Source: Ancylonema sp. (Eukaryota). Taken from it: a stretch of 64,000 nt of DNA. The stretch's first letter is position 1, and each line of letters opens with the position of its first letter. Location of the stretch: NCBI GenBank assembly GCA_050230475.1, contig JBFLGF010000045.1, positions 1-64,000 of the forward strand, given 5' to 3'. Positions 29,601-43,052 of this stretch are shown in pieces. The notes under the pieces are model-generated. The model saw only the letters and a program-made list of their open reading frames with translations. It did not search any database and had not been told where the DNA came from. The translations under genes and the position numbers were made by a program.

Positions 29601-30512
29601 TTTGCAGCACACCGAGCGGCGCGATTTAATCCACCACTAGTTGATTCAAAACCCGTGGTGTGGGGGTACGAAAACAATTGTAGCAATCGGTTTTTGGGGG
29701 TGTGAAGTAGGGGTTTAACTAAAAATAAAACAATAATTTACCAGTGAAAATACGCCAGGGCTTCCCATTTATCGTTGGCGCTGGTTTCAGACCCTCGGGT
29801 CGTCGAGAGACATACAGAGACATGAATTATGACGGCTGGTTATGTGGATGATGCAGTATCTAAATTTCAGGTCACATAATTGGTCCAGGTCATTATTGGC
29901 GTTATAGGCTACTTGGCACCCCGCGATAGGCACGACGCTGGCTCGAAACTCGCGGCATGCATCCAACTTTCTGGAGGTCATTTTTGCCCAGGGTCTGACA
30001 TCCATTTCCCGCCGGTCTGTGCGACTTTTAAATTAGGATGCGATTCGTCTGGGATGGGGACGGCACTGGGATGGCATCGGCAGTAGGGCTGGGGGTGTGG
30101 GTACGCGAAATTAAAGAGAAACCGGTGGTAGGGGGATCGAAATTAATTAAAAATGGGTGGGGAGATGTGTACAATGATTCGGGAAAAGTGGTAGATTAAA
30201 TCGCGCCGCTACGGCAGTTCTGACCCGGGTCCTCGCACTCGTTTCACTGAACGTAATATTGGGGCGTGCTCCATAAAACGAAGCCCCCCAGAACCCTGAA
30301 TCGAGATCTTCCATTCCATCCCCCTCCTTCCCCGACAAAACCCTCACCATCCCCGGACACTCGCCAATCCATCCCCGTCCTCTATTTCTGTCAGTGTGTC
30401 AGAGTCGGCGTTTGTGTCGTGTGTCTCACGACCCAAAGTCAGAGTCTGGCAGCGTTTCACGAAGGGCGGGTGCGATCGTCAGTGGTTGGCCTTTTTTGTT
30501 CACGTTGAATTC

Positions 30513-33460
30513 ATGGACGACACGAATGGTGTCCTTGGTATACACGAACCCCAGAATGGTCCCCTCCCAGACCAGGGCTCGTCGGATTCCACACCCTTAC
30601 AACAAGCAGTTGCAAGGCCGAAGGAGTTGGTGGAAGGGGCTGAGGAGTTGGAGCACGATTTGTGGAAGGTCCCTGTTGAGAAGAGACTGAGTGCTAATGG
30701 GACGGGTGGTGAACGCGCGAATCCCAAAGCGTTCCAGGCCATCTGCAACTACTGTAAGGTCCGAGATGCCTGGCCGGAAGGAAAGGACGGGTGGACGTGC
30801 GCTGGGATTAAACGGGACATGGTGAGACACCTGAGCAAGTGTCTGTTCTTTGATAACTCGAGTGCGAGGGCGGGTTACACGAGAATGTTGCGTAACCATA
30901 ACCTGGAGAAGAGAATCGCTTCGGGAAAGAGCCCAGCGGAACGAAAGGAACGGGGCCGACACTTGACTCTAGAGTCCGGCCGTGAGGAGCAGACAGTGGT
31001 CAGCGAGCGACAGCAATTTGAGGAGGCGACGCTGAAGATGATGATCGACTGCGACCTTCCTCCCACGTGGCTGGAGGAACCGACCACGGCAGCCTTGATG
31101 GGGCATCTCCGTCCGGACTTGACCTTGCCGACTGCGAAGCACATAGCCACGACTGTGCTCGACAGAGTCGCGAAAAAGGCGGAAAACACGATGCGGAAGA
31201 AGCTGAAGACGGCAAAAGGTTTGTTGCGCATGCTTGCACCTCTTCCTTTCGCATGTTCTCACGTCGATGGTGGAATGGTGGCATGCTGTGCAGGAGTGAG
31301 TCTGTTGTTTGACACCTGGGTCAACAGAACGAAGGAGCACATGCTCGGATTCGTGGTCGCCACAGACGACCGTCAGGTACCCATCTCCCTCCGTCTTCCT
31401 TCGAGCTGCTGTGAATTGCGACTCATGGGGTGCGTTGCCTTGCAGGTGTTTGCGTTCTCGGTGTCGGACGTGACGGACGATCGCGAGAGCGCCGAGTGTT
31501 TGGGCGAGAAGGTGAGGGAGATGGTGGAGAAATTGGAGAAGGAGTTCTCTGTGGAGGTGCATGCCATCACTTCTCCCGCCACTTGCAACAAAGGGCGTCA
31601 CCTCCTCCCGCCCACCCGCCCAGACAGTCTGTCCGTGGATTGCGCCGCGCGCCAGCTCTCTCTGGTGGCGGGGGACTTCTTCAAGGTGAAACCGACGCTC
31701 TCGGAGGAAGCAGATGTGACGCATTTCGATCCTTTTCCGACTGACCTGCCGACCCTCACCGTTGCCGCAGTCCTCTGACGCGTACACAGAGGTGTTGGAG
31801 CGGGCAATGCGCATCATCGCATGGATGGCACTTCATGGGCGGGCGAACGAGAAGCTGAACAAGAGGAGCGAGCAGGTGTTGGGGAAGGCGGCCTCTCTGC
31901 GGCTCCCTAGCCAGACTCGGTGGGGGTCCATGGCAGACGCAGTTTCCGCTCTACTGGAGGTGTGGGGGGGGCAGATAACCGAATGCCTCCATCCTCTGTC
32001 GCAATGAGGTATCGAAGGAAGACAGTCTTTGCCCTTCTCACGTTGGTGGTTGTTGTGGCGGCAGGTCGCGGGACCGCTTTGGTCTGTGTTCGCGGATGAC
32101 GGGAGCTCCTTTGTTGCGGCCGAATTCATCCCCTCTTTGCGTGAGAAAACAGCTCTTGTGGTAGAGACATGTCGAGACGAGGAGTTTTGGGGGACGTTGG
32201 AAGTGGTACGTCACCAACTCCCTCCCCTCGCTCGGTCGCTCGCTCGCTCATGAGTTCAGTCGAGACCGACATGTCACCTTTTCGTGGGTGAAGATCGCCC
32301 GGGTACTGGCGCCGTTGAAGTCTGCGAACGAGATCCTGGAGTCGGACGCGGCCTCCCTGGGGGATGTGGTGGAATGCTTCGGGCAGCTGCTGAGCCACAT
32401 GAGCACGTTGGAGGTGGCAGTGGAGGTGCGCGAGGTGGTGGAGACTGCTCTGGAGGTCCGTCCACCCCCCCCTCCTCTCTAGAGACAGGCAGCAGAGGGC
32501 ACCCACCACCCTCCTCACCCTCCTCCTCCTGCTGCTGCCGCTGCTGCTGCCGCTGCTTCAGAGGCGGTGGAGGGCGATGGACCACCAGCTCCTCCTCCTC
32601 GCCCACGTGCTGCGCCCCCAGCGCCGCCTGGCTGGCCTCAACCTCGGTTGCCCCTTGTGCCAGCCGCCCGTCCTGTTGAGGTTCGCGGCGGACACGTACC
32701 AGCGGTGCTTGGGCGGAACGGCAACGAGGGAGGAGCTGTCGCTGCTCCAGAATGAGGTGAGGCCCTCTCCCTCTTCCAGGTCCAGCCTCCCCCCATCCCC
32801 CATCCCCCATCCCCCATCCCCCATCCCCGAACTCATGTGGCCGTCGGCCCGCAGCTCTTCGACTACTTGTTTCGCGAGCGCATCTTCGCGGTGGGGGAGG
32901 AGGAGGAGGAGGAGGGGGTGGGGGAGAGTGCGTTGGGGTTCTGGAGGAGGTGGCAGACGGAGGCCCCCCACCTGGCTGCCCTCGCCATTCGGTTGCTCGG
33001 AGTCGTCCCTCACTGCGCACCCGTGGACCGCTGGTGGTCGCACGCCAACAACTTGTTGCTCCACATCCGAGGGAGCGAGGCGGGGGAGAGGCGGGTGAAG
33101 ATGGCGCTGGTCCGCGCACAATCGGGCGGGGACCTGGGGGCGGACTACGTGCTCCCCCAACCTGCCGCCAGTCAGTGGGAAAATGGGGATGGGAGGCCAG
33201 CTGAAGGGGAGGCCACTGCCATGGAAGAAGAGGCGCCGGAGGACTCCTATACCGACTTGGCTCACGACTGGGCGGAGGAGGCACACGCCATCCTCAAAAG
33301 ATGGGGCTGGGTGTCTCACAGAATGGCTCCTGAAGAGCGCAATCCCGACCCGCAAGCCGCAGAAGGAGCACACCGATCGAAGACATGCGACCTCAAACAA
33401 GTCTTCGTCACCGACTTGGCATCTCTCCACCCCCCCACTCAACTCGCCGGGGGTGAATGA
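30513..33460 (+). CDS. hAT transposase-derived gene, copy 2, full length, about 7 introns, predicted catalytically inactive
   Basis: BED finger, LLFDTW, CAAR, TRWGS, RRWRAMDHQLLLLAHVLRP, and the C-terminal dimerisation region LGFWRRWQTEAPHLAALAIRLLGVVPHCAPVDRWWS. No TIRs seen. Confidence 0.88.
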
Positions 33461-34927
33461 TTATTTTTCCGAAATTTTGGAAGCAGTGGCGTAATGCCAT
33501 GTGTGGTAGATTTATGATTATAGTGTTAGTAGATTTTACGTTTTACGTGGGTGATGTCCGTGGTGTATAGGTCATATCGTTGGTGTAGGTGGGAATGTTA
33601 CTTAGGAGTGAAAGCATTTTGGTGTCACGTAATTGTGTGGCCATGAATGAAGAACTTGTGATGTTGTTATGCCTCTTGAGATGTGAAAGTAAGAGATTGT
33701 TCTCTTCAACGTATTGAAGTTGCAATTGTAGAGAGGTATGAGAGATTGTATGGTGGTATTTATATTCGTGTTGCTCCTACAGCAAATAATACGAGAGGTC
33801 ACTACACTTTGTCATGACAAGTCGGAGCAAAGAAGTGGACAAACGTTATCGAAGAGGAGGGGTCCTTTTGTAAACGATGATGTGGTGATGTCTAGGATGT
33901 AGTTATGGAACTTTGTTGTGCCATTTAAAATCGTGCCTCATTCCCACGTGTAAATCATTCGTTATAACGAACATTGTTGTAATGTGTACTTCACACATGC
34001 GAATTTAGTTTCATCTCATCACATGAAATGTCTACACACGGAATCATTACCAAGTCGAGGTCCGCTACACACAAGTGTGCGATAATATAAAGCATTGCAC
34101 AAACATTACACAAGTCTACCACATGCCAAATAGTATTTTATAGTCTACCTATGGCGAGGCGTTGCCGTCGGCTTGGGCGTAGATTGCCCGAAGCTTATAA
34201 ATTGTATGATGATGTAATGGACAATCGATTGATAAATGAAATCAATTCACAAAGACTGAATGCTAGTCGAACACAGACAAATTACTCAAGGATTTGGAGT
34301 AATTTGTTCAGCGGTTCCCGAGGTGTGATAAGACCGATTAAGGACTGATTACAAAGGTTACAGAATGTATAGTGTTCAGACATCTAATCATGCTAGTAGC
34401 TAGGAAGCTACCGATCCTCCCGCATTAGCATGCGGCGCCAGCTCAGCCGCCTCAACGGACCTACTTATTGGCTAAACCACTCATAGACAAGTAAGCTAGG
34501 ACAGACGTCGCTACACCCCTTCCGAGAGCAGGGTAGAAGTTAAACGTGTACTGTAGTAGTGATGGATGCCTGCAACTACTAACCAATATCCACATAAGTC
34601 ATAAATCCGCCTTTTGCGCTTTGTCGCAACCCCGCAAACTTATGCTAACTTACGGCGCCTTTAACGCGGCGTGAATATTCCTACAGCCGCCTTGTAATGC
34701 AGTTTTCAGTCCGTCTTTAGTGCCGCTATAGGTGCCGTAGGCGGCGGAACAATCATACCGTTCGTAATAACTACGGCCTTCAATTATATTCGAGCCGGTA
34801 ATGACAAATACGTCCAAAGGACACGTGTTACTTTAAATCATTTTTGTGAAATACCCACGGGCATACCATTACCTTGGACAGACATCGCATCTCACAAACT
34901 ACATGCGAGTAAACATGATACCATAGT

Positions 34928-35166
34928 AAGTATTCACGCTCGAATCAGCAAATAAGATAATGTTTCATTGTGATTTTTTTTCAACGACATGGCAGACGAA
35001 GTTCATGAGCTCTGAGGTCAAAATTTTGAGATTCCCTCGTTACAGGCACGTCTGCCTCAGGGCCCGTGGCAACTGTGTCTGTAACACGATTTGCGCGTTA
35101 CAGACTCAACCACGTTACAGACAAACGTTTTCGGCGTACCAAAGATGTGCTAATAACGAGTATTTT
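34928..35166 (+). repeat. Dispersed repeat, second copy at 57824-58050
   Basis: aagtattcacgctcgaatcagcaaataaga...caaaattttgag...cctcagggccc shared by both copies with moderate divergence. Confidence 0.7.
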
Positions 35167-35177
35167 ATGTATAATAA

Positions 35178-35895
35178 GAGTGATACCCGATTGGGTATCA
35201 CTCGTATCACAGCAAGTGATTTGAGGAGTATCACTCCGAAGGATCGTTTGCGCGCGAAAAAGACACGTCACGTCACACTCCCTTCGAAAATTTCAGCGAC
35301 GTCTACACGCGACAAAAATGAAGCAGAAGGCTCCACGACGACAGCAACGAGTGTCACAATTGTGAAACGATTCTTAATTTTTACTTTGAGCATTTCCGAC
35401 CACGGCGGATCATCCCCCTCTACTAGCGTCCTCGTTACTTGGTTTCGGCAACGTGTTGCGATCACACTTCAGCGTGCGCAAGCTCGAGCGATCGATGCGC
35501 GTACGGCTCGTCTTGAGGCGACTTCATCTTCGCTATCTACACTCCCCTCTCGCGCGATTATCTCAGCTGGGGATCTCATGGCGATTGCGGGATTTTCTTA
35601 GTTTTTGTTGGGCGCTAGTTGTTTGTTTGGTAGAGATAATTATTTGGTTTGTTGGCATTAGTTTACTTGCATCGGACATTTTTTTCGTTGTAATTGGAGG
35701 GGAATTATTATTATAAACATGTATTTCTCTACTTTGTGATACCCAAATCAGAGTTGTGATACGGCGCTCAGAGCGTATCACTTTGCGAAATCTAAAACTC
35801 CACGATGTGAGACCCCGTAAATCAATTTTGAAGTGATACTCAAAATCAGGCGCAATTCAAGTGATACTCGAAGTGCTCGCCGATAAAACATGCTC
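35178..35895. mobile_element. Harbinger-related element remnant with GTGATAC subterminal repeats, interrupted by a CRE-like fragment
   Basis: About nine GTGATAC/GTATCAC motifs; perfect 11-bp hairpin 35178-35203. The right end ATAAAACATGCTC|TTA is the reverse complement of the 25686 MITE end. Confidence 0.5.
35385..35720 (+). mobile_element. 5'-truncated CRE-like non-LTR retrotransposon end
   Basis: WFRQRVAITLQRAQARAIDARTARLE is paralogous to SIALQRSLAHAIHARTLRLE at 57380-57450. Confidence 0.7.
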
Positions 35896-36052
35896 TTATA
35901 CTACACAGGAGCTCTGCATCTGGCACGCTTCCGGATGGCAAGGAATTGACCCGCCCTGGTGTTCGATCACCTACGTTTGCGCACAATCTACTGACATAAG
36001 ACCTTCGTGTATTTTGTCTTCCAAACACTCGGCATTCACGAATATCGAAGCC

Positions 36053-39000
36053 ATGGAAGGAAGCTCCGGTCTGACAGTTGTTCTTGCACTTATCCTTGCC
36101 TTTGCCGTAACGACAAATGCGAAACACTGGCCTGGAACCAAAGGTCAGCTTTACAACAACTTTGCAATTCCAAACATGATGTGTATATGATTGTTACAAT
36201 TTGTTGCCTTCTCTGCCATGTCGTTGTCAACTATAACTTTATTGCTGAGAGCCGGATTTTCTGCGTCCTCTCAATCATCAAATCAGGCAATCCTGATTAG
36301 CCATAGAATGCCGTCCCGGCAGTAGGAAATCACACTACACCGTAGCCTAGACTTTCGCACTCCATTATCCACTTCTGAGACCTATAGATCACACCTGACT
36401 AGCAAAATGACGTCATGGCGGCCTATGCACCATCTGTTACTAACGAATTACCTAATATACCGAATATGCGAAATTGCGCTGCTTTGGAATTTGGCACCTC
36501 TTTCGATTCTCGCTCTCCTCAGATCAGACAAAGGCTCACATACGGCATTGAACATCAGGCCCAGAACTCACTCACTTCTACTTCCACTCACTTCGCACCT
36601 AATTCCACCCTCGTTTCTCAGTGTTCCAACCCCGTCCCAAAATCTTTACCCGTACCAATTTCCGATCCCCCTCTCTGCGCCCGGAGAGGCGCAGAGAGGC
36701 GCAAATATGCCAGCCGCATCGCACTCAACATCCACACACTCGCCCAATTATTCTTCCACGTGGCACCCCCCCCCTCTGCAGCATATGCTGTGCTGCTGAA
36801 TAACCTGCCGCCCGCTGCCGCCTATTCCGGCACACATGAAAACTTTTTGAGCACTGCCCCCGAACCCGGGCAGAAGCTGGATTCAGGGCTGCCCCATGTC
36901 CAGCTGTACGTCAACCACCTCGTTTCGGTGCACAACCAGCTGCTCCAAGGCGTCGGAGTGGATGCAGATCGCAAACTGTACAGGTGGGGCGTGTAACCGA
37001 AATGGGGCTCACACATGTGTGCCTCTGCAGGATCGAGGGTTGTTGACTTCGAGAGCATTGAATGGCTGCTGGATGTACTGACGATGCAGTCGATGGCTGG
37101 GTGGGACAGATGTCCCATTGTTAGTTTATGGAAGAGTTCCCAACCCGGAGTAATGATGAGGAGCAATCACATCATCCTCACATACCAGCCCATCCCTTAC
37201 CCACCACCCCCCCATCCCGCAGCTACAAGTACACCCTGAATGCCTTTGCTGCCGCCCTCTCCCCATCCGAAGCCGTCCTCCTCAGAGCCCATCCCGAGAT
37301 TGCCTCTGTTGTCGACAACACTCATTGCTTTGCCCACACCACTCACACGCCCGACTTCTTGAACATTCCGAACTCGCTGTGGAAGGGTGCGGGGGGGAAG
37401 GAGAAGGCGGGGGAGGACATCATCATCGGTGTCATCGACACTGGGATCACTCCCGACCATCCTAGCTTCTCTGACAAGGTGACACCTGGCAGACACGATG
37501 TGCGACCACTCGTCATCTGACCTTGTCGTATTTCTAGCACACCCACCTGCATCTGCCCCCCGCCCACCCCCACCCATCCCCTGTCCCAACCCGTGCCACC
37601 TGGCAGTTCGGCGACCCCTACAGCGATATCCACCTGTCCAAGAGCTGGAGGGGCAGCTGCGATTTGGTGGATCCCGCCTTCGCCTGCAACCTGAAGCTCA
37701 TTGGCGCCAAGTTCTATGTGGCCGGCCTCCTGGCAGGCAACGACACCGTGGACAGCAGCTCCGACCTCTACTCCCCCCGCGACTTCAACGGACACGGGAC
37801 CCACACTGCCTCCACTGCAGGGGGCAACAACGGGGTGCCGGTGGAGGGGATCTCTCCAGGAGTCGAATACGGGGCGATCTCAGGTCCACGTTTTTGCTGC
37901 GCACCCCCATGGTTTTTCGGGGGTGAGAACAAGTGGCTGAGACGATGCCAGGTGGCATGGTGTGATAGGTATGGCGCCGCGCGCCCGCATCGCTGCCTAC
38001 AAGGGGCTGTGGACGAGCGGGACGCTGTACCCGGGCAGTGACTATGGGACAGCTGTCGATCTCCTAGCGGCTCTGGATGATGCTGTCAGTGAGTGCCGGG
38101 TGCAGCCCCCCTCGGGTGTGGCAGCACTGGTATGACAGCGGATGCGATCCGTGTGCAGGCGACGGCGTGGATGTCATCAATTCCTCCATCGGACCCAGCA
38201 ACGACTTCTTCGACATTTGGGCGCTGGGGGTGCTCTACGCGGGTAAGGTCGCCAGGAGATTGCACCAGGGAGCGGCTGTGGGTGTGGAGTTCGAGGCTGA
38301 CGTCATGCTGATGTCACGTCCTGCAGCCCGGGCGGGTGTGTTTGTCTCCGCCTCCGCTGGAAACGAGGGACCCGAGCCAGTGACGTTGAGCCATGTGGCG
38401 CCCTGGTATCTCTCCGTAGCTGGCAGGTAGGCACTCCCCACCCACTCATCCAATACCCGCCAGTGGAAACCCATTCCCACCGCGTCTTCTCCCCCCCCCC
38501 CCCCCCTTAGCACTCACGACCGCGAGTATGTGCGTGAAGTGAGGCTGGGCAACGGGGAGGTGTACAGTGGGCAAGCACTGTACGCCCCCCCCCTGGCCCC
38601 CTCTACCTCCTCCTCTCCCTTCTCCATCCTGGGGGGGCAGCAGCCTGCTGGGATGCAGAGGGGGCTGGAGGAGGCGGTGGAGTTGGTGTGGGGAGGCGCT
38701 GCTGTCGCACCCGGGCACTTCCCCGTTGAGGTAGACCACTTCTAGTGCGGTCTGACAGCTCGGCGGCTGGGTGACTGGGTGGCTGGGTGGCTGGGTGGTT
38801 GAGTGGCTGGGTGGTTAGGTGGGGGTCTGATATGGGAGGGGTGGTTGGCAGGGCAACTGGTGCTTATTGGGTGCTCTTGACCCGGAGAAAGTGAAGGGGA
38901 AGATTGTGGTGTGCCAGCGGGGCAGCAACGGGCGGGTGAACAAGGGGGAGGCGGTGGTGGCGGCTGGGGGGGTGGGGATGGTGCTGTGGAACGACAACGC

Positions 39001-40239
39001 AAAGGAGGGGCTCATCACCGACATCCATGCCCTGCCAGCCCTGCATGTGCTCTACAGCGACGGACTGAAGATCGTGGAGTACGTCAACTCCACGCAGAAG
39101 TGAGTGGAAGACGGCTGGGGGGATGGCATGAGGGGGTGGCTGATGGTTTGAAGATGGTCCGAGCGGAAGCCCAACCGTGCTGCTCTGGAGATTTGGAAGG
39201 CCTTGAGTCCTTGCCAGGTGTCGGCTTGGAGCAAGGCACCACGTAGAGTGCGGAGTAGATGAGGGGTCGTAGAGGAGGTGTCGACCTGCATGTGCGGCTT
39301 CGGGCAGATTTTAACGTACCTTATGGCAGTGGACCGACATTCTGATGAGGTGACGCGCTCCCATTGGTTGTGGTTGGCAGGCCGGTGGGCACGATTTCGG
39401 ATCAGAAAACGAATTTCGGCATCGAAGCCCCCGCCATCATCGACTTCTCTTCTCGGGGCCCAATCGAGTCCCCCACCCGCTCCATCTACCCTTCCGCCAA
39501 CGATATCCTCAAGCCGGATGTGTCAGCGCCAGGTGTCAGCATATGGGCAGGCTTCTCGCCACACGGCGATCCCCGACAATTTTACTTCAACCTGATATCG
39601 GGAACATCCATGGCGTCCCCCCACGTGGCGGGAATCGGAGCACTAGTGAAACAAGCCCATCCCGATTGGGACCCGTTTTGGATAAAGTCCGCAATCCAAA
39701 CTACGGCCCTTGTAACGAACAACAGGGGGAACATCATCCCGGGCTCTCCCCCAACTGTCCTCGGAACGCCTTTTGACTACGGATCCGGTCAAATCAATCC
39801 CATCAACGTCACCGATCCGGGCCTCGTCTACCCCTCTAAATTCGAAGACTACATCGGATTTCTATATTACATCTCCGCTTCCCAAGCCTTGCAACTTTCT
39901 GGGATGCCGCCCCCCTCACAAACAGTCGCCCCACGAGACCTCAACTTGCCGACCATTGCCATCTCTAATCTCAAAGGAAGTGCAACAGTGTCGCGCACAG
40001 TCATCAATGTCGGTGAGGCGGGAAGCGATGAGTTCACCGTGTCCATCGATGCCCCCGCTGGCGTCAAAGTGTCCATCGAGCCAAAGGTATTGACCGTGAA
40101 ACGTGGCGAGTCAGCTTCTTTCAAAGTCACATTCACTGTTGTTGACCCGAGTGAAGAGTTCGTGTTTGGGTCGTTTGTATGGTCGAATGGGCACTACTTT
40201 GTGAGGTCCACCCTTGCAGTCCAGCCGATTGAACAGTGA
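36053..40239 (+). CDS. Secreted plant-type subtilase (S8A; I9 prodomain, PA and Fn3-like domains), SBT2-like
   Basis: Signal peptide MEGSSGLTVVLALILAFAVTTNA; HTTHTPDFL; IGVIDTG; HGTHTASTAGG; SAGNEGP; KGKIVVC; LKPDVSAPG; SGTSMASPHVAG. About 10 exons splice in frame. Confidence 0.96.
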
Positions 40240-40728
40240 CACACGAGAGGCCATGTAATAGGGCAGTTTGGGTAACTGTGACACGGAATCGATTGTGAAA
40301 TTGGGTTACATATTGTGAGGCCGAAACTCTAGGTTTTCCGTGACCTCGATCCCTTCATGGTGAAAACTGTGCGGAGGCTTCCATCGTATCGATAGGTTTG
40401 GAGTCAAATTGTTCTGATATGTAAATGCACAAACTTTTTGCTTCCCCCAAAATGTCATCATCAGGCAAGTACACATGTTACTATAAATCGCCATGGCCGT
40501 CTCTACACAAGTCTCCACTTGTGTTCATGATTATCATATATCACATAAAACAATTAATTCCCAGGAAATTGGTGATTCGTTTCCAGACTACATGTAATCT
40601 TAGCTTTCAATAATATGAGATTCCATGCGCAAGAGTTTACATGTGCAGAGCCATCTACAATCAGATTTGTGCCCGAATCGATTACACAATGAGTGACTCT
40701 ATAAGTAAGCTATATTACAAGTGCAAGG

Positions 40729-41152
40729 TACAAACTCATGAAAGTTTGCAAACTATGCGAACTCTCAAAGGATGCCCTCCAATATTCACGTTGTTGTTAA
40801 CGCCTTACGCTTTTCCGGTATGCGCATGGAATCTCACACAAGCATGCAATCCACGTATTCGACGCATCCGATACAATCCACCGAGCCACAAGCTCCCGCC
40901 TAGTCAAGAGAGCATAGTGTGTAATCATGCTCTTATGCACGCACACACATCCTCGTACTCATATCGTGTTCAACTATGTATACATGTTACTCCCAAACAA
41001 GACACTCGAGGGATTTTGTTTCCGCACATGTGATGAACGAACACGAGCATGAAAAAAACACCCGATTTGCCACGTATGTCCCGATCCAAATGTGCTATTC
41101 ATTTGTTGATAAGATGAGACCGGATTTTATTTTCCTGTATGTTGATTGGAAA
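40729..41152 (+). repeat. Direct repeat A (about 420 bp)
   Basis: Near-identical to 43863-44290. Confidence 0.95.
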
Positions 41153-41589
41153 GGTTATTCGCTTTACCAGATGCTATCCCTATCAATACAAGTGTTTCTA
41201 CGAGAATTTTAGATAGCCAACTAGTAGTCTACACGCAGTAGTGAATGCTAGACCAAAGCTACACCGTCATGGGTGGCCACATTGAGCCCGTTGGTGCATT
41301 ATCATTGCTCGAGCCTTCCATGGGCATGGAACCCACATTGAACTAGCTACGAGCGCCATCATAGTGCGACAAAAACGCAAAGCGTGAGCTAGTTGTGTCC
41401 CTTCCCAGAGAACCTATGGACTAGTATACCAAAACAGGTGCGCGTTGCTATCGCTATCGGACGTCACATCATATCGATTTGAGATGAGCACACACAACAC
41501 ACACGACCTCTCGCATGTGTCGCCGGCGATGTGTCGCCATGTCCCTCCACCCACCTATGGCCTGCATTTACGAAAGGCAGGAGGAGCCA

Positions 41590-43052
41590 TTAGCTCCCTC
41601 CCTTCAAACCATGGTTGCCTTTGATTCGACAAAACAGGGCCGAGAATGAATATACGAATTTTAGGGTGATGACCACCACCACCGCTTGCAAATCACGATC
41701 AAGTGTGAGGACAGACCTTGGGGAAAAAGTGGGAAAGGCTTCGGGAGGTCCTGGCCACTGGCAATCTTTCGGGTGAACCCCTCTTGCCACAGAAGCCTTT
41801 GGGCTTTGTCGCACTCCTTGGCCTTGGACGACGGCGTCGAGGTAGCACTTGGACTCCCCCTCCACCCCTCTCTTCCCCTTGGGGGCACCCCCCTCTCCCC
41901 CCCATACGGCCCGACCCCGGGCCCTCAGCCCAAAGGCCCTCTCTGCGGCCCTCAGCCGCTCCATCACCTCCTCTGCCTTGGCCTCCTCCGCTGCCAGCGT
42001 GGCAGCCTTCGTGGCTGCTTCATCGGCCTTCACCATAGTCACGGGCTGCCACGTGGCACCCTTGGATTGCACCTGTATTCCCCCCACCACGCGTGAACAT
42101 CAGACTATGCATGATTACATTCTCATATTCTCTCTCTTCTTCTTGAGCATAATCATCTCTGTATAGACACCAAGGACATGTGCAAGAATTCAGAACGACC
42201 CGCGCTTCATTTTCAGGCCCAGCATGCCATACCGATTCATAGATGTACTGATGGAGGTCATTCAGTCGCGCAAGAAATCTGGAGGAGTCTCACCTTTTTT
42301 AGCGCCTTCTTCTTCATCTCCTTCGCCTTCTTCTTCTTCTTCTTCGGCTGGACTTTCTTGGTCTTCTCAGCCTTCCCTTTTGGTTGTGCCTCCTCCTCTG
42401 CCACGAGTGAGGCTCCCACGGCATCCGCCCGCACCCTCTCCTTCTCCATCTCAAGTTGCTTGGAGACCGTCATGGCCAGCGCCTTCTTCCTCTCCGACCT
42501 GGCAGCTGCGACCCGTGCTATTATTTGCCGTCGACGGGCAGCGGCCACTTCGCTCATCATCACACTCTCCATCTCCCTCTGCATTTCCTCCTTCCTCTGC
42601 ATCTCCCTTTTCGTCTCCCTCGCCAGCTTCTTTCCCAGCTCCTTCTCCTTCTCCATCTCCACCTCCCTCTCCCCCTCCCCCTCCATCTCCATCTCCCTCT
42701 CTCCCTCCTCTTCCTGATGTGTGTCCACACCTTTCAGATTCTCTGAAAACAGCCCCGGCCGGCAGTATTTGTCATTCGAATTAATGTCGCCGCAGACGCG
42801 GTCTGTCGTCTCGATCATGGGAGCGACACAAGACAGGTGTCCGATGAGGTGGGCGGGGTGGGAGGCGCAAGTATAGGAATCGACAGTGTCAGACTCAAAG
42901 TCTGGTACGTTTCTATTCGGTACTTCAGAGCGAGGCCATTGAACCAATGCGGTTCTGTGTGTATCGTTATCTGCAGAAGGCGGTTCTTTGCCCAGTCCCA
43001 AACAGTCGGCTAGGCTTCTGAGCAGCCTTGCGAAAAACAATCCGCGACCCAT
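41590..43052 (-). CDS. Orphan E/K/A-rich coiled-coil protein, at least 2 exons
   Basis: The ORF from ATG 43052 to donor AAG|gtgaga (~42294) joins acceptor tacag|GTG (~42072) in frame. No known domain. Confidence 0.55.

Noticed and set aside
30969..33442. Long antisense ORFs over the hAT gene (similarly over GH10 and Agenet exons)
   Set aside because: They are shadow ORFs of GC-rich coding sequence with no domain signal.
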